Positions 27,091 to 37,101 of a stretch of DNA of 51,347 nt are shown here, in pieces. The translations under genes and the position numbers were made by a program. The DNA comes from Deltaproteobacteria bacterium (GTDB taxonomy: Bacteria > Desulfobacterota > Desulfomonilia > UBA1062), in NCBI GenBank assembly GCA_016929755.1, contig JAFGIF010000260.1, positions 1 to 51,347 on the forward strand, given 5' to 3'. Each line of letters begins with the position of its first letter. The first letter of the stretch is position 1. The notes under the pieces are model-generated. The model ran no database searches. It saw only the letters and a list, made by a program, of their open reading frames with translations, and had not been told where the DNA came from.

Positions 27091-28737
27091 CTACTTGATG
27101 CCGGATAATGATTCGGCAATGTTGTATGCGTGGTCACCAATTTTCTCAAAACTGGTGAGTATGTCCACATAAATCAGGCCTGCATCAGCACTGCAAACAG
27201 AATCTTTGAGCCGGTCCATATGGTTGATCCGCATCTCGCGGCGCATCGTATTCAGGCGGTTCTCATAGCGCCTTACCTGTTCGATCAGATCAGATGGTGT
27301 ATCTTTTATTGCCTGAATAATAATCTTCAGATACTCAAGTGTGTGGTGAAAAATTTCATTCAGCTCTTTTTTACCGGCATCGGAAAATATCAGGCTATAC
27401 TCATTTCTGCGCTTACATAATTTTGCAAGACTCTCACAATGATCTCCGATCCTCTCGAGATTGCTCACCATATACAGCATGGAAAAAATTTCTTTTGATT
27501 GACTCTCTGTTACCGACTGGCGGGAGAGTTCGGTAAGGTAGGTATTTATCTCTTTCTGGAGGTCGTCAACGAGTGACTCCATCTCCTCGACCCGTTTTAA
27601 CACCTTATCGGTATTAACATTATCGATGATTGGGTTTTCAACAACGGCCAGCATATTGAAAACCTCATTGCCCATATAATCAATCTCCTGCTTGGCCTCA
27701 TCGAGCGCCACGGGAACTGTCTCAAATATGCTCGGATCCAAAGACTCCAGTCTGAATGTTCGCGGCCGTACCTCTCCGGGGACGATCAATGCAGAAATTT
27801 TGGCCAATATTCCCAGCATCGGCAGAAACACCAGACAGTTCGCCACATTAAATATTGTATGGAAATTAGCAATATGTCTGGCTATATAGGGCAGATTTCC
27901 GTTGAGCGCCAAATCAGGTTGCCCAGGGGTTACAAAATCAACAAACTCCACAAACAATGGGAAAATCAATAGAATGATACCGACCCCGATTACGTTGAAC
28001 ATCAAGTGGGATATGGCAACCCTTTTGGCCGATACATTGGTTCCTATGGAAGCAAGCTGGGCGGTGATAGTGGTGCCTATATTGTCACCCAAAACCAAAG
28101 CGGCTGCACCGTAAAAATCCACAACCCCGCTTGAAGCCAGAGCAATTACCAATCCTATCGTTGCCGAAGAGCTTTGAAAAAGCATGGTAATGATTGTTCC
28201 TACAACGACTCCAAGGATTGGGGTCGTTGAAAAATAAATAAAGAGATCGCTGATCCAGGGGGCGGAGCGCAAAGGAGTCATTGCATCTTTCATCACAAAC
28301 AGGCCAAAAAAGATCAGACCGAATCCCATTATGAACTCTCCTGAAAACTTCGTTCTTTCCTTTCGTCCCAGGAGTTTCATGAACATCCCGATGCCGATTG
28401 TGGGCAAGGCGATATCAGTCAGATTAAAGGCTATAATCTGCGCCGTGACAGTTGTACCGATATTGGAGCCGATTACAACACCGATTGCCTGTCGTAGCGT
28501 CATAAGCCCTGCGTTGACGAGGCCGACGGTCATGACTGTTGTAGCGCTTGAACTCTGGATGACGGAGGTTATAGCTGTCCCGGCGATCACTGCGACCACA
28601 CGGTTTGTGGTAAGACGCTCCAGAATATGCCGCATTTTGGGTCCGGCAAGCTTCTGCAGACCATCAGACATGATATGCATACCAAAGAGAAAAAGCCCCA
28701 GACCTCCGAGTGTTGTGAGCAAAATATTAGTTATCAA
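27091..28737 (-). CDS. Na/Pi cotransporter family protein with C-terminal PhoU-like repeats
   Basis: 548 aa. The N-terminal two-thirds is polytopic with duplicated QSSSATT / QSSSATIG motifs of the Na/Pi-cotransporter II-related family. The C-terminus has two PhoU-like helical repeats (ERIGDHCE and EKIGDHAYNI). Confidence 0.9.
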   Translation of the reverse strand: MITNILLTTLGGLGLFLFGMHIMSDGLQKLAGPKMRHILERLTTNRVVAVIAGTAITSVIQSSSATTVMTVGLVNAGLMTLRQAIGVVIGSNIGTTVTAQIIAFNLTDIALPTIGIGMFMKLLGRKERTKFSGEFIMGFGLIFFGLFVMKDAMTPLRSAPWISDLFIYFSTTPILGVVVGTIITMLFQSSSATIGLVIALASSGVVDFYGAAALVLGDNIGTTITAQLASIGTNVSAKRVAISHLMFNVIGVGIILLIFPLFVEFVDFVTPGQPDLALNGNLPYIARHIANFHTIFNVANCLVFLPMLGILAKISALIVPGEVRPRTFRLESLDPSIFETVPVALDEAKQEIDYMGNEVFNMLAVVENPIIDNVNTDKVLKRVEEMESLVDDLQKEINTYLTELSRQSVTESQSKEIFSMLYMVSNLERIGDHCESLAKLCKRRNEYSLIFSDAGKKELNEIFHHTLEYLKIIIQAIKDTPSDLIEQVRRYENRLNTMRREMRINHMDRLKDSVCSADAGLIYVDILTSFEKIGDHAYNIAESLSGIK

Positions 28738-28822
28738 GGATGCCCCCGCAAATAATAAGTCCAGTGCTGTAAAACCACATTACCAAAAATATTTCAACCT
28801 TTAACAAAACGTTCCGTCTCTA

Positions 28823-29212
28823 TCATAAAGGCTTATACGGCTTGATATCCAGAATTGGCGTTTCGTCCACCAGATCGACATTATCCACGTAAATAAGCTG
28901 CCGTTCGACTTTGAGCAATTTGAGCACCGACATGCCGATCGGATTTGGACGCATGGGAGAACACAGGCTGAAAACCCCTTTCATTTCGCCATGGGCCATA
29001 CGCTTTTGCACCAGAGAATAGCGTTCGGAGAGATGAAAATGAAACAGGACCACAATGTGCTCAAGTTCTTCAAGCCCAAGGAGCCCCTGGGTATAGGGCT
29101 CATAGATTTCGATAGTGCCCTTGATCTTCGATATGGAATAAAACTTTGGCGCTGAAGCCGCATCCTTTAGTTCACAGTGCATGATCCCGATCGGCTTATA
29201 GGATATTTTCAT
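28823..29212 (-). CDS. TsaA/TrmO-family (UPF0066) domain protein, short form
   Basis: I chose the ATG at 29212 (MKISYKPIGIMHC) with GGAAGGAGA upstream. RPNPIGMSVLKLLKVE ... DLVDETPILDIKPY are typical of the TsaA fold. At 130 aa it lacks the C-terminal domain of E. coli TrmO. Confidence 0.8.
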   Translation of the reverse strand: MKISYKPIGIMHCELKDAASAPKFYSISKIKGTIEIYEPYTQGLLGLEELEHIVVLFHFHLSERYSLVQKRMAHGEMKGVFSLCSPMRPNPIGMSVLKLLKVERQLIYVDNVDLVDETPILDIKPYKPL

Positions 29213-29385
29213 CGTTTCTCCTTCCAGCACCACCCCGGGCTTCATTACCTGCAAACCCCTGTCTTTTCAATACTATCACCGATACAAAGCAGGTCTTTAA
29301 GCTCCAATTATCATATCTGTTCCAATCTACCAAGGAACAAGTTAGCAACGCATGCATGTAATGGTCGGGAAATCAGTGGATCTGC

Positions 29386-29416
29386 TTGACCCAAGTCTTT
29401 AAAAGACCTATATGAT
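29386..29416 (+). promoter_or_regulatory. Candidate promoter with embedded palindrome upstream of radical SAM paralogue B
   Basis: TTGACC (29386-29391). Possible -10 TATATG (29409-29414, 17-nt spacer) or TATGAT (29411-29416, 19-nt spacer). The spacer contains the 13-bp palindrome GTCTTTAAAAGAC (29395-29407). There is no SD before either ATG (29412 or 29421). Confidence 0.3.
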
Positions 29417-30314
29417 TTCTATGCATGTCCCCGAACAACTGGTTATTCGCCCTCCCAGCGAAGCTGCAAGTCTGCTGATTAGAACCGTGCGCGGCTGTAA
29501 CTGGAACCGCTGCCTCTTCTGCGGCATTTACGATCTCTACGGTGTCCCTTATTCTCAGAGAACACCGAAGGAAGTGAAAAATGATATTGATGCCTTTGAG
29601 GCACACTATGGTGACCACTTTGAAACCGCTTTTCTGGGGGATGCCAATCCTATGGATCTGCCCACGGAATTCCTGGTCGATATTTTAACTCACCTGCGCG
29701 TAAAATTTCCGTCTTTGCAGCGGGTTACCGTCTATGGCAGGGCTTCCAGCATATGGAAAAAATCACTCGATGAACTCACCCGAATCCGTAATGCCGGCCT
29801 GGATCGGGTGCATACAGGTATGGAAAGCGGTTCAAACCGGGTTTTAGCTTTCCATAAAAAAGGCTCCAACCAAAAGCAGTTGATAGAGGCGGGACAAAAG
29901 GCACGGGATGCCGGTCTGGAGTTAAGCTACTACTTCCTGCTCGGCCTGGGCGGAAAAACCATGTGGCAGGATCATGTAATCGATTCAGCTAAAGTGATCA
30001 ACCTCGCACGCCCGCATTTCGTCAGGGTCAGACGCTTGTGGATTCATCCAATGTCAAGGCTGATGCAAAAGGTTGACTCCGGGGAGTTTGTTCCTCAGGA
30101 GCCTGAAGGAACCGTGATCGAATTGAAAGATCTGGTCGAAAATCTGGATGCCCCGGGAACCACTTTCGCCTGCGATCACGCCAATAACTATATCCAGGTC
30201 TTCGGCAGACTCAATGATGATAAAAAACATATGCTATCAATAATAAACAACTTCCTGGCCTTGCCACCTGAGAAGCGCACTGCTCACTATAATTCCATTC
30301 CTTCGGTAATCTGA
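29412..30314 (+). CDS. Radical SAM protein with CX4CX2C cluster motif (paralogue B)
   Basis: RPPSEAASLLIRTVRGCNWNRCLFCGIY: C29, four residues, C34, two residues, C37 (nt 29496-29522). Also GMESGSN and LLGLGG. The start may be 29421. Confidence 0.8.
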   Translation: MISMHVPEQLVIRPPSEAASLLIRTVRGCNWNRCLFCGIYDLYGVPYSQRTPKEVKNDIDAFEAHYGDHFETAFLGDANPMDLPTEFLVDILTHLRVKFPSLQRVTVYGRASSIWKKSLDELTRIRNAGLDRVHTGMESGSNRVLAFHKKGSNQKQLIEAGQKARDAGLELSYYFLLGLGGKTMWQDHVIDSAKVINLARPHFVRVRRLWIHPMSRLMQKVDSGEFVPQEPEGTVIELKDLVENLDAPGTTFACDHANNYIQVFGRLNDDKKHMLSIINNFLALPPEKRTAHYNSIPSVI

Positions 30315-30354
30315 AAAATATTTTAATCATCCCAGACAAAGGGCCTGATAAGGC

Positions 30355-31437
30355 CTAGGATGGAACCTGGGGCACGTACAGGGTATAAAAAAGGCGCAGA
30401 AAGGCTGAATCCGTCAGGCTTGCAATAAAATCCCGTACAATTTCGGAAGGAATATGATGCTCTTCGTATTCCGGGGTCATATGTACCAGAAATTGCGTGA
30501 ATATTGGAGAATTTTGATCATCTGATTCAATAGCATCCGCCAGGGACGCGAATATGAGCGCATACATGGCCTTGATCTTGTCCGATTCTTTTTTGACTTT
30601 TTCGTTCAGATAGATATTTTCGTAGTTAAAAGCCTTGAGCTCCGACAGGGCCTGAAATATCCGCTGCGAATACGAGATAGCGTCATGGCCCGAGTGTTGT
30701 ATCAGGTCCTCAACTAGGGTGTAAACGATCTTTCCGTTGGTATCACCCAAAATGTTTACAATTTTTTGGGGCAGATCGGCGCGGGAGATGATACCCAGGG
30801 CAATCGCATCCTCAATGTCCCGGCCCACATAACTGATCGTATCCACTACTCTGACAAGGCATCCTTCCATGGTAGCCGGGGCCGGACTCTGTCCTTGCCG
30901 GCAATGCTGAAGTTTCTCATCAAAATCATCAAACGCATGTATCAAGTCAGGGGCAATGGATTGTTCCGTCATCTCTCCGTTATGGCACAGAATTCCATCA
31001 AGCACCTCTAAAGTCAGGTTCAGCCCTTTGCCGTCCTTTTCTACAATTTCCAGGGCCTGAACAGCCTGGACATTATGCCTGAATAGCCCGATGTTTGTCT
31101 GCTGGCAGATTCCATCCAGGTAGATTTCTCCATCGTGGCCAAATGGAGGATGACCGATATCATGTCCTATGGCAATTGCCTCTATCAGATCATCATTCAA
31201 TCCGAGCTTGCGCCCGATGGTACGGGCAATACGGGAGAGCAGTTGAACATGAATGACACGGTGAGAAATGCCCTGATGTCCGATCAGGTAAAAAACCTGG
31301 GTCTTATCAATATAGGAGGTATATGCCCTGGAGTGCAGGATGCGGTCTACATCGATGGAAAAAGCGTCACGCATGTCCCACTTGCTGCGCTCTTCGGACT
31401 TTCTCCGTTTTGCTTTAGCTGGATCTGTCCATTTCAT
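30355..31437 (-). CDS. HD-domain dNTP triphosphohydrolase-like protein (dGTPase family)
   Basis: RDAFSIDVDRILHSRAYTSYIDKTQVF, HRVIHVQ and IGHDIGHPPFGHDGE, the HD/dGTPase-family motifs. 360 aa. Confidence 0.85.
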   Translation of the reverse strand: MKWTDPAKAKRRKSEERSKWDMRDAFSIDVDRILHSRAYTSYIDKTQVFYLIGHQGISHRVIHVQLLSRIARTIGRKLGLNDDLIEAIAIGHDIGHPPFGHDGEIYLDGICQQTNIGLFRHNVQAVQALEIVEKDGKGLNLTLEVLDGILCHNGEMTEQSIAPDLIHAFDDFDEKLQHCRQGQSPAPATMEGCLVRVVDTISYVGRDIEDAIALGIISRADLPQKIVNILGDTNGKIVYTLVEDLIQHSGHDAISYSQRIFQALSELKAFNYENIYLNEKVKKESDKIKAMYALIFASLADAIESDDQNSPIFTQFLVHMTPEYEEHHIPSEIVRDFIASLTDSAFLRLFYTLYVPQVPS

Positions 31438-31445
31438 GATTCATT

Positions 31446-33515
31446 TTAAGTAGACAGTGAAGAAAACCTCGCCATCCTTTCAAATAAGGAAACCAGCCGA
31501 TTCAAAAGTGCAATCCGGTTGTTTCTGGTGGAAATGTCGTCACTCATCACCAGAACCTTGTCGAAAAAGGTATCGATCGGCTCTTTCAGACCGACCAGCA
31601 GTTTCAGGGCAGCGATATAATCCCCCTTGCCGGCATACTCAATAAAAGGCTCTTCAACTTCTTTTAACTTAAAGAATAAATCTTTCTCGGGCTGCTCAAG
31701 GAAAAGATTTTCAGAAATTTCAGAGATTTCTTCGGTCTTTTTGAGTATATTTTCAACCCGTTTTGAAGCGGCACAGATTGTAGCCAGCCAGGGTTCATCT
31801 TTCAGCTGAAAAATCGCACGAGCCCGCATATATGTATCGAAGGGATCATCAAAATCTGTAAGGACTGCCTCGATCACATCCCCGGCAATACCCTCGCCGT
31901 GCAGAATTGAGACAAACCGGGAGGAAAAAAAGCTCAGCACATCCGATTTGATTTCACCCGCACTGCGATTGATCCTGCTTTTAAGTTGCGCTAGTGCCTG
32001 ATCTATAAGCCCGCTCAGCGATAGTTTATATTTCTTGCCGACTAAAAGCCGTTCGATGGCAATTGCCTGCCTGCGCAGGGCATAGGGATCTGACGTACCG
32101 CTCGGAATCATGCCGACCCCGAAACAGCCACAGATGGTATCAATTCTGTCGGCTATACCCACCAAGTCGCCGATAATGCCCGAGGGCAGATCATCTTCAG
32201 CCCAGGCCGGCAGATAGTGTTCATGAATCGCCAGGGCCACTTCAGGGTCAATGCCCTGCCGCAGCGCATACTCCCGTCCCATGATGCCTTGCAGTTCCGG
32301 CAACTCGTATACCATCAGAGAGTTCAGATCTCCCTTGCAGAGCTGAGAAGCGAGCTTAACCTTGTCGCGCTTATCCGGCGCGAACAGATCTGAAAGGTAG
32401 AGCGCATTTTGGGTAAAGCGTTCGACCTTCTCATAGGATGTTCCCAGATCCTTATGGAAAATTACATCCTTCAGACTCAGGGCGTAATCTTTAAGGGGCA
32501 CTTTGAAATCTTCCTGGAAGAAATACGAGGCATCTTCCAGGCGTGCCTTGAGCACCCGCTCGTTGCCGATACGCACAACAGCGGAATCCTTGGGTATGAT
32601 ATTGCTTACCGCAATGAAATACGGCTGCAATGTGCCCTTTTCATCTTTGCTGTACAGCGGGAAAAATCGCTGGTGGTGTTTCATGACCGTCACCAGGACC
32701 TCTGTAGGCAGATCGAGGAAGTGTTCGTCGAAAGACCCTACAATCGGATAGGGATATTCCAGCAGGTTTACAACCTCATCCAGCAGGTCTTTATCAAGAA
32801 TCCGGGCCTGGAGTTCATCAGCCTTAGCGTTGATATCACTCCATATCAGCTCTTTTCTTTTATCAATATCGGGAATCACATGGTTTGCTTCAAGGAGAGT
32901 TTCGTACATGCCGGGAGAAGATACTTCGATTGTGCCTGCGGACATAAAACGGTTGCCACGGGTAGTATTGCCGGAAGTAATATTTCCGAATTTGACTGGT
33001 ACTATCTCATCCTCAAAAAGAGCCAGAATCCAATGTACGGGCCTGGCAAATCTCACGCCCGGATTCGACCAGCGCATGGTCTTGGGAAACGGGATGTCCC
33101 GGATCGTCTCTTCCATGATTTCGGGCAAAACATCTATGGTGAGCCTGCCGGGAATATTAACCTCAACACACAGGTATTCGCCTTTGGGGGTTTCCTTGGT
33201 GCTGATATCATCCATATCGACCCCGGACGAACGTGCAAACCCAAGAGCTGCCTTGGTAGGCTTCCCGTCTTCATCATAGGAGATTTTTCTGGGCGGACCC
33301 ATCCGTGTTTCAACTCTGTCGGCCAGCTTGGAGGGGAGGCCTTTGACAATCAGGGCCAGCCTGCGGGGCGTGCCGTACAATGCAGGAGTATCGTACTCAA
33401 TCCCAATCTGGGAAAAACGCTCGGTAACTCTTGCGCGTATAAATTCAAGCGCAGGGACAATGAAGCTTGATGGTATTTCCTCGGTGCCTATCTCAAGGAG
33501 TAACGATTTTTTCAT
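31446..33515 (-). CDS. glyS: Glycine--tRNA ligase beta subunit
   Basis: I chose the ATG at 33515 ([15 protein letters not shown]), which forms an ATGA overlap with the glyQ stop. The 52-codon extension in the ORF track lies inside glyQ. Confidence 0.95.
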   Translation of the reverse strand: MKKSLLLEIGTEEIPSSFIVPALEFIRARVTERFSQIGIEYDTPALYGTPRRLALIVKGLPSKLADRVETRMGPPRKISYDEDGKPTKAALGFARSSGVDMDDISTKETPKGEYLCVEVNIPGRLTIDVLPEIMEETIRDIPFPKTMRWSNPGVRFARPVHWILALFEDEIVPVKFGNITSGNTTRGNRFMSAGTIEVSSPGMYETLLEANHVIPDIDKRKELIWSDINAKADELQARILDKDLLDEVVNLLEYPYPIVGSFDEHFLDLPTEVLVTVMKHHQRFFPLYSKDEKGTLQPYFIAVSNIIPKDSAVVRIGNERVLKARLEDASYFFQEDFKVPLKDYALSLKDVIFHKDLGTSYEKVERFTQNALYLSDLFAPDKRDKVKLASQLCKGDLNSLMVYELPELQGIMGREYALRQGIDPEVALAIHEHYLPAWAEDDLPSGIIGDLVGIADRIDTICGCFGVGMIPSGTSDPYALRRQAIAIERLLVGKKYKLSLSGLIDQALAQLKSRINRSAGEIKSDVLSFFSSRFVSILHGEGIAGDVIEAVLTDFDDPFDTYMRARAIFQLKDEPWLATICAASKRVENILKKTEEISEISENLFLEQPEKDLFFKLKEVEEPFIEYAGKGDYIAALKLLVGLKEPIDTFFDKVLVMSDDISTRNNRIALLNRLVSLFERMARFSSLST

Positions 33516-34375
33516 GGCTGCCCCTCGTCCTGCCGGGGTTCGTCTTTGAGATACAGGGCTGCTGCCGCCTTGGCCATTTCCCTGACCCGGCCCACATAGG
33601 CTGTTCTCTCGGTTGTACTGATGGCATTTCTCGCATCCAGCAAGTTGAACAGGTGCGAACATTTCAAACACATGTCATATACCGGCAGACACAGGCCTGC
33701 ATCAGCCAGTCTCCTGGCTTCATCCTCGTAGAGCCTGAACAGATCAAGCAGGGTCGGGACATCAGCCTGCTCAAAGTTGTACTTCGACCACTGAACCTCG
33801 CCGGCATGGTGCACATCGCCGTAAGTGATATCGTCCTTCCAGCGGATATCATATACCGAGTCAACCCCCTGCAGAAACATTACTATACGTTCGAGACCAT
33901 AGGTGATCTCGGTACAGACCGGGTCCAGATCAAAACCGCCGACCTGCTGGAAATAGGTGAACTGGGTGATTTCCATACCGTCCAGCCACACCTCCCAGCC
34001 GAGCCCCCAGGCCCCGACAGTGGGGGATTCCCAATCATCCTCGACAAAGCGGATATCATGTTCAAGAGGATCGATGCCCAGGGTTTTCAGGCTTTCGAGG
34101 TACACTTCCTGCACATCGATCGGGGACGGCTTGAGAATCACCTGGAACTGGTAATAGTGCTGAAGCCGGTTCGGGTTCTCACCGTAGCGACCGTCCGTAG
34201 GTCTCCTGGATGGTTCCACATAGGCTACTTTCCAGGACTTTGGCCCGAGACAGCGCAGAAACGTGGCCGGGTTGAAAGTGCCGGCGCCGACTTCCAAATC
34301 ATAGGGCTGGGCGATCAGACACCCATACCCGGACCAAAAAGCCTGTAATGTCATGATTACTTCCTGAAAATCCAT
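33512..34375 (-). CDS. glyQ: Glycine--tRNA ligase alpha subunit
   Basis: 287 aa with [50 protein letters not shown] and [11 protein letters not shown], all highly conserved in GlyQ. Confidence 0.95.
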   Translation of the reverse strand: MDFQEVIMTLQAFWSGYGCLIAQPYDLEVGAGTFNPATFLRCLGPKSWKVAYVEPSRRPTDGRYGENPNRLQHYYQFQVILKPSPIDVQEVYLESLKTLGIDPLEHDIRFVEDDWESPTVGAWGLGWEVWLDGMEITQFTYFQQVGGFDLDPVCTEITYGLERIVMFLQGVDSVYDIRWKDDITYGDVHHAGEVQWSKYNFEQADVPTLLDLFRLYEDEARRLADAGLCLPVYDMCLKCSHLFNLLDARNAISTTERTAYVGRVREMAKAAAALYLKDEPRQDEGQP

Positions 34376-34388
34376 GTGTGACCCTCTA

Positions 34389-35099
34389 TCATTGGTTATT
34401 ATTCACGTCAAGCAACTTTGCCAGAAACCCGGCACTCTTGAGCGGCTTATCCGCGACGTGGTTGCACAGCCATAACAGATACGTCTCCAATTCCGAGCGG
34501 GCCCGGGAACTTATTGAAAGCTTGTTAATTACCTGAACTTCCAGATCCAGCCCCTTCGCCAGAAACATCAGGGCTTCATTTGAGAGACGCGATACCTGAG
34601 CTCCCCGTCCTGTATGCAATGGGGTCTTCTTTTGCAACCCTTTCACATCAATACCATATCCAAGAATCCCCAGGATACGGACCAGAGCGATACACCATAC
34701 CGAAAACCACCGAGAACGCGGATTCATTGTCTCCAGGGCCCAGCTCAGGCATGCATACGTCTCGGGGCTCGGATCCAGAGGCCCCAGGTGGGTAATTACG
34801 TTCTCGACCAGAACGGATGCATGTGCAAACAGATCGAGATCCGTCCTGATATCCAGGTTGGCCCTGATAAGATCGGCAGATTCTATGCGCAACAGATCCA
34901 TTCCCGGACGGGAAAAGACCAGCAGGGACACCTCGCTGAAGGGTTCCAATGTGCCGGGAAAGCGTCTTTTGCTCCTTTTGGCCCCCTTTGCTATGGCATT
35001 GATCACACCCCTGTCTCTACTCAGGGCGCAGATAATCTTGTCTGACTCCAGGTAGTCGATCGTATTCAGAATAATGGCATCGGTAGAAAATCTGGGCAT
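34389..35099 (-). CDS. recO: DNA repair protein RecO
   Basis: 236 aa. The N-terminal OB-fold string [17 protein letters not shown] and the overall length and organisation match RecO. Confidence 0.8.
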   Translation of the reverse strand: MPRFSTDAIILNTIDYLESDKIICALSRDRGVINAIAKGAKRSKRRFPGTLEPFSEVSLLVFSRPGMDLLRIESADLIRANLDIRTDLDLFAHASVLVENVITHLGPLDPSPETYACLSWALETMNPRSRWFSVWCIALVRILGILGYGIDVKGLQKKTPLHTGRGAQVSRLSNEALMFLAKGLDLEVQVINKLSISSRARSELETYLLWLCNHVADKPLKSAGFLAKLLDVNNNQ

Positions 35100-35105
35100 A
35101 GCCTG

Positions 35106-36446
35106 TTAGAAGAGGAGTGCAACAGCGATAACGAAATAGGCAAAAACCCCGACAAGATCCATCGTGGTAGTTACAAAGGGGGCTGAAGCAACAGCTGGAT
35201 CCTTGCCCAGCTTGTAAAAAAGAATAGGCAGGGCTGTGCCGACGAAAGAAGCCAACATCATTGAGATAAAGATGGCCAGGCCGACGACAATGCTCATCTT
35301 GGGTATATCAGGGTAAATCCCAAAGGCGATAATGCCCAGCATCAGTCCGTATACAGCGCCCAGCAACGCTCCCACGACAAACTGTTTAGTAATAATTTCA
35401 ACAAATTGTGCGGTAGTGGCTCTGCCTGTGGCAATACCTCTGACAATCAATGCCACTGATTGTGCTCCAATGTTCCCTCCCATACCAAGTATGATCGGCA
35501 TGAAGGCCGCCAGACCAATAAGCTGATTAAGGGTTGTCTCAAAACCCTTGATCAACAACGTGGTCAGCACACCTCCTATCCAGCACACAAAGAGCCAGGG
35601 AATTCGGGTGGCAGCATTCTTGAGGATTGATGAGCTCAACAGGTCCTCTTCCGCACCCGCCATCATGAACATGTCCTCGGTAGCCTCTTCCTCAATAATA
35701 TCGACAATATCATCCACCGTGATACGTCCCAGCAGAACTCCACTTTTGTCCACTACCGGCATGACCAACTTGTCATATTTCTTGAAAAGCATTGCCACTT
35801 CTTCCTGATCCATCTCGACCGGAACAGTCATGGGATCGATGTTCATGATCTGCGCGATAGGAGTTTCCGTCTTTGAAAGGATAAGATCAACCAGGGGGAC
35901 TGTCCCCATTAACTTGCCCTGTTGATCCACGACAAAAATATACTGGATATTATCTATCTCCAGATGAAGTTGTCTGATCTGGGATATCACTTCATCAACA
36001 AGCGTGCTCGGAGGGGTTGAGACAAGCTCGCGCTGCATAATACCGCCGGCCGAATCCTCGGGATATTCCAGCAGGGCCTTGATTTCAGATGCATCAACCA
36101 ACCCCATCTCAGCCAGAACCCTCTCGGCCCGATCATCCTTAAGATCTCCCACCAGATCGGCAGCATCATCCGAATCCATATCCTGAACAATTCGAGCCAA
36201 GGCCTTATCAGAGATGTCGTCAAGAATATCTTCGCGCGATTCTGATGATAGCTCGGCAATGACTTCCGAGGCTGTATCTACATCGAGCAGCAGAAAGAAT
36301 TTGCCGCGGGATTCTTCATCCAGGGCCTCGATGAGTTCGGCGATTTCGACCGGCTTCAAGTCATGCAGCATCTCAATGATATGAAACTCCCAGCCCTTGT
36401 CGATATACTCTTTGAGACGCTTCAGTTCGGAAGCCTTGTCCGGCAT
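35106..36446 (-). CDS. mgtE: Magnesium transporter MgtE
   Basis: I chose the ATG at 36446 (AAGGGG upstream). The protein has an N-terminal MgtE_N region, tandem CBS domains and a C-terminal five-TM domain with PIILGMGGNIGAQS and DPAVASAPFVTTTMD. Confidence 0.9.
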   Translation of the reverse strand: MPDKASELKRLKEYIDKGWEFHIIEMLHDLKPVEIAELIEALDEESRGKFFLLLDVDTASEVIAELSSESREDILDDISDKALARIVQDMDSDDAADLVGDLKDDRAERVLAEMGLVDASEIKALLEYPEDSAGGIMQRELVSTPPSTLVDEVISQIRQLHLEIDNIQYIFVVDQQGKLMGTVPLVDLILSKTETPIAQIMNIDPMTVPVEMDQEEVAMLFKKYDKLVMPVVDKSGVLLGRITVDDIVDIIEEEATEDMFMMAGAEEDLLSSSILKNAATRIPWLFVCWIGGVLTTLLIKGFETTLNQLIGLAAFMPIILGMGGNIGAQSVALIVRGIATGRATTAQFVEIITKQFVVGALLGAVYGLMLGIIAFGIYPDIPKMSIVVGLAIFISMMLASFVGTALPILFYKLGKDPAVASAPFVTTTMDLVGVFAYFVIAVALLF

Positions 36447-36456
36447 AGCAAACCCC

Positions 36457-36960
36457 TTATAATCTGCATGATTGAAGAGTACCCACAGTACTTTCTTGGG
36501 CAAAAACAGCAGATGGTCCCTTCTGTTCTATGGAGTTTGCCAGAGGATGGATATAGGTATCCAGGCCTGACTGGGTTGTATCGTCACCCTTTTTTACACA
36601 AAATCCAAAGGTCAAAATGACTATAAGTACGATTGCCACGATAATGGTGAGCAAAACCAGCCGATTTTTACCAGGAGCCTGTTTCCTGCTCGAAAGGGGT
36701 TCCTGGTATCCGGAAGCAGCCATAGTTTCCTCCATATATTGCAACAGCAGCTCTTCATCCATATCAAACTCTCGAGCAATCACCTGAAGGAAGCCTCTTA
36801 GAAAGGCCCGAGGAGGCAGCACATCGAGTCTGTCCTCTTCCAGAAATTTCAATGTCTGTGCAGAAATTTTGGTTTTTTCTTCGATCTGCTTGAGATCGAT
36901 TTTCCGTTTTTCACGTTCCTGCTTGAAAAACTCTCCCAGAGTGAGTTTCTCTTCAGACAT
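36457..36960 (-). CDS. RodZ-like helix-turn-helix membrane protein
   Basis: I chose the ATG at 36960 (TAGGAGG upstream). HTH LTLGEFFKQEREKRKIDLKQIEEKTKISAQTLKFLEEDRLDVLPPRAFLRGFL as in the RodZ N-termini, with a single TM (LVLLTIIVAIVLIVILTFGF). It lacks a long C-terminal domain. Confidence 0.7.
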   Translation of the reverse strand: MSEEKLTLGEFFKQEREKRKIDLKQIEEKTKISAQTLKFLEEDRLDVLPPRAFLRGFLQVIAREFDMDEELLLQYMEETMAASGYQEPLSSRKQAPGKNRLVLLTIIVAIVLIVILTFGFCVKKGDDTTQSGLDTYIHPLANSIEQKGPSAVFAQESTVGTLQSCRL

Positions 36961-37101
36961 AACGCCTCCTATCCGCACAAAATAACACGAGAAGCTTTCA
37001 GTAGCAAGGATGAAGAACTTCTCCTTTAGAAAGCTATTGATTGACTAATACATCCTCAACAGGGTAGCCTATTGACCATATTAAAGATGGAGGTGGCGGA
37101 C

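Noticed and set aside
30325-30354. A hairpin, GGCC-TGATAA-GGCC, between the convergent radical SAM B and dGTPase-like genes as a bidirectional terminator.
   Set aside because: The stem is only 4 bp and there is no clear T-tract on either strand.
30355-31437. The dGTPase-like HD protein as an anti-phage dNTP-depletion defence gene.
   Set aside because: It sits among housekeeping genes (glyQS, recO). It has the size of ordinary dGTPase-like housekeeping paralogues. No mobile-element or defence-island context is nearby.
33516-33671. The 52-codon N-terminal extension of glyS.
   Set aside because: It lies entirely within glyQ coding sequence in another frame. The ATG at 33515 gives the conserved [15 protein letters not shown] start and a classic ATGA coupling.
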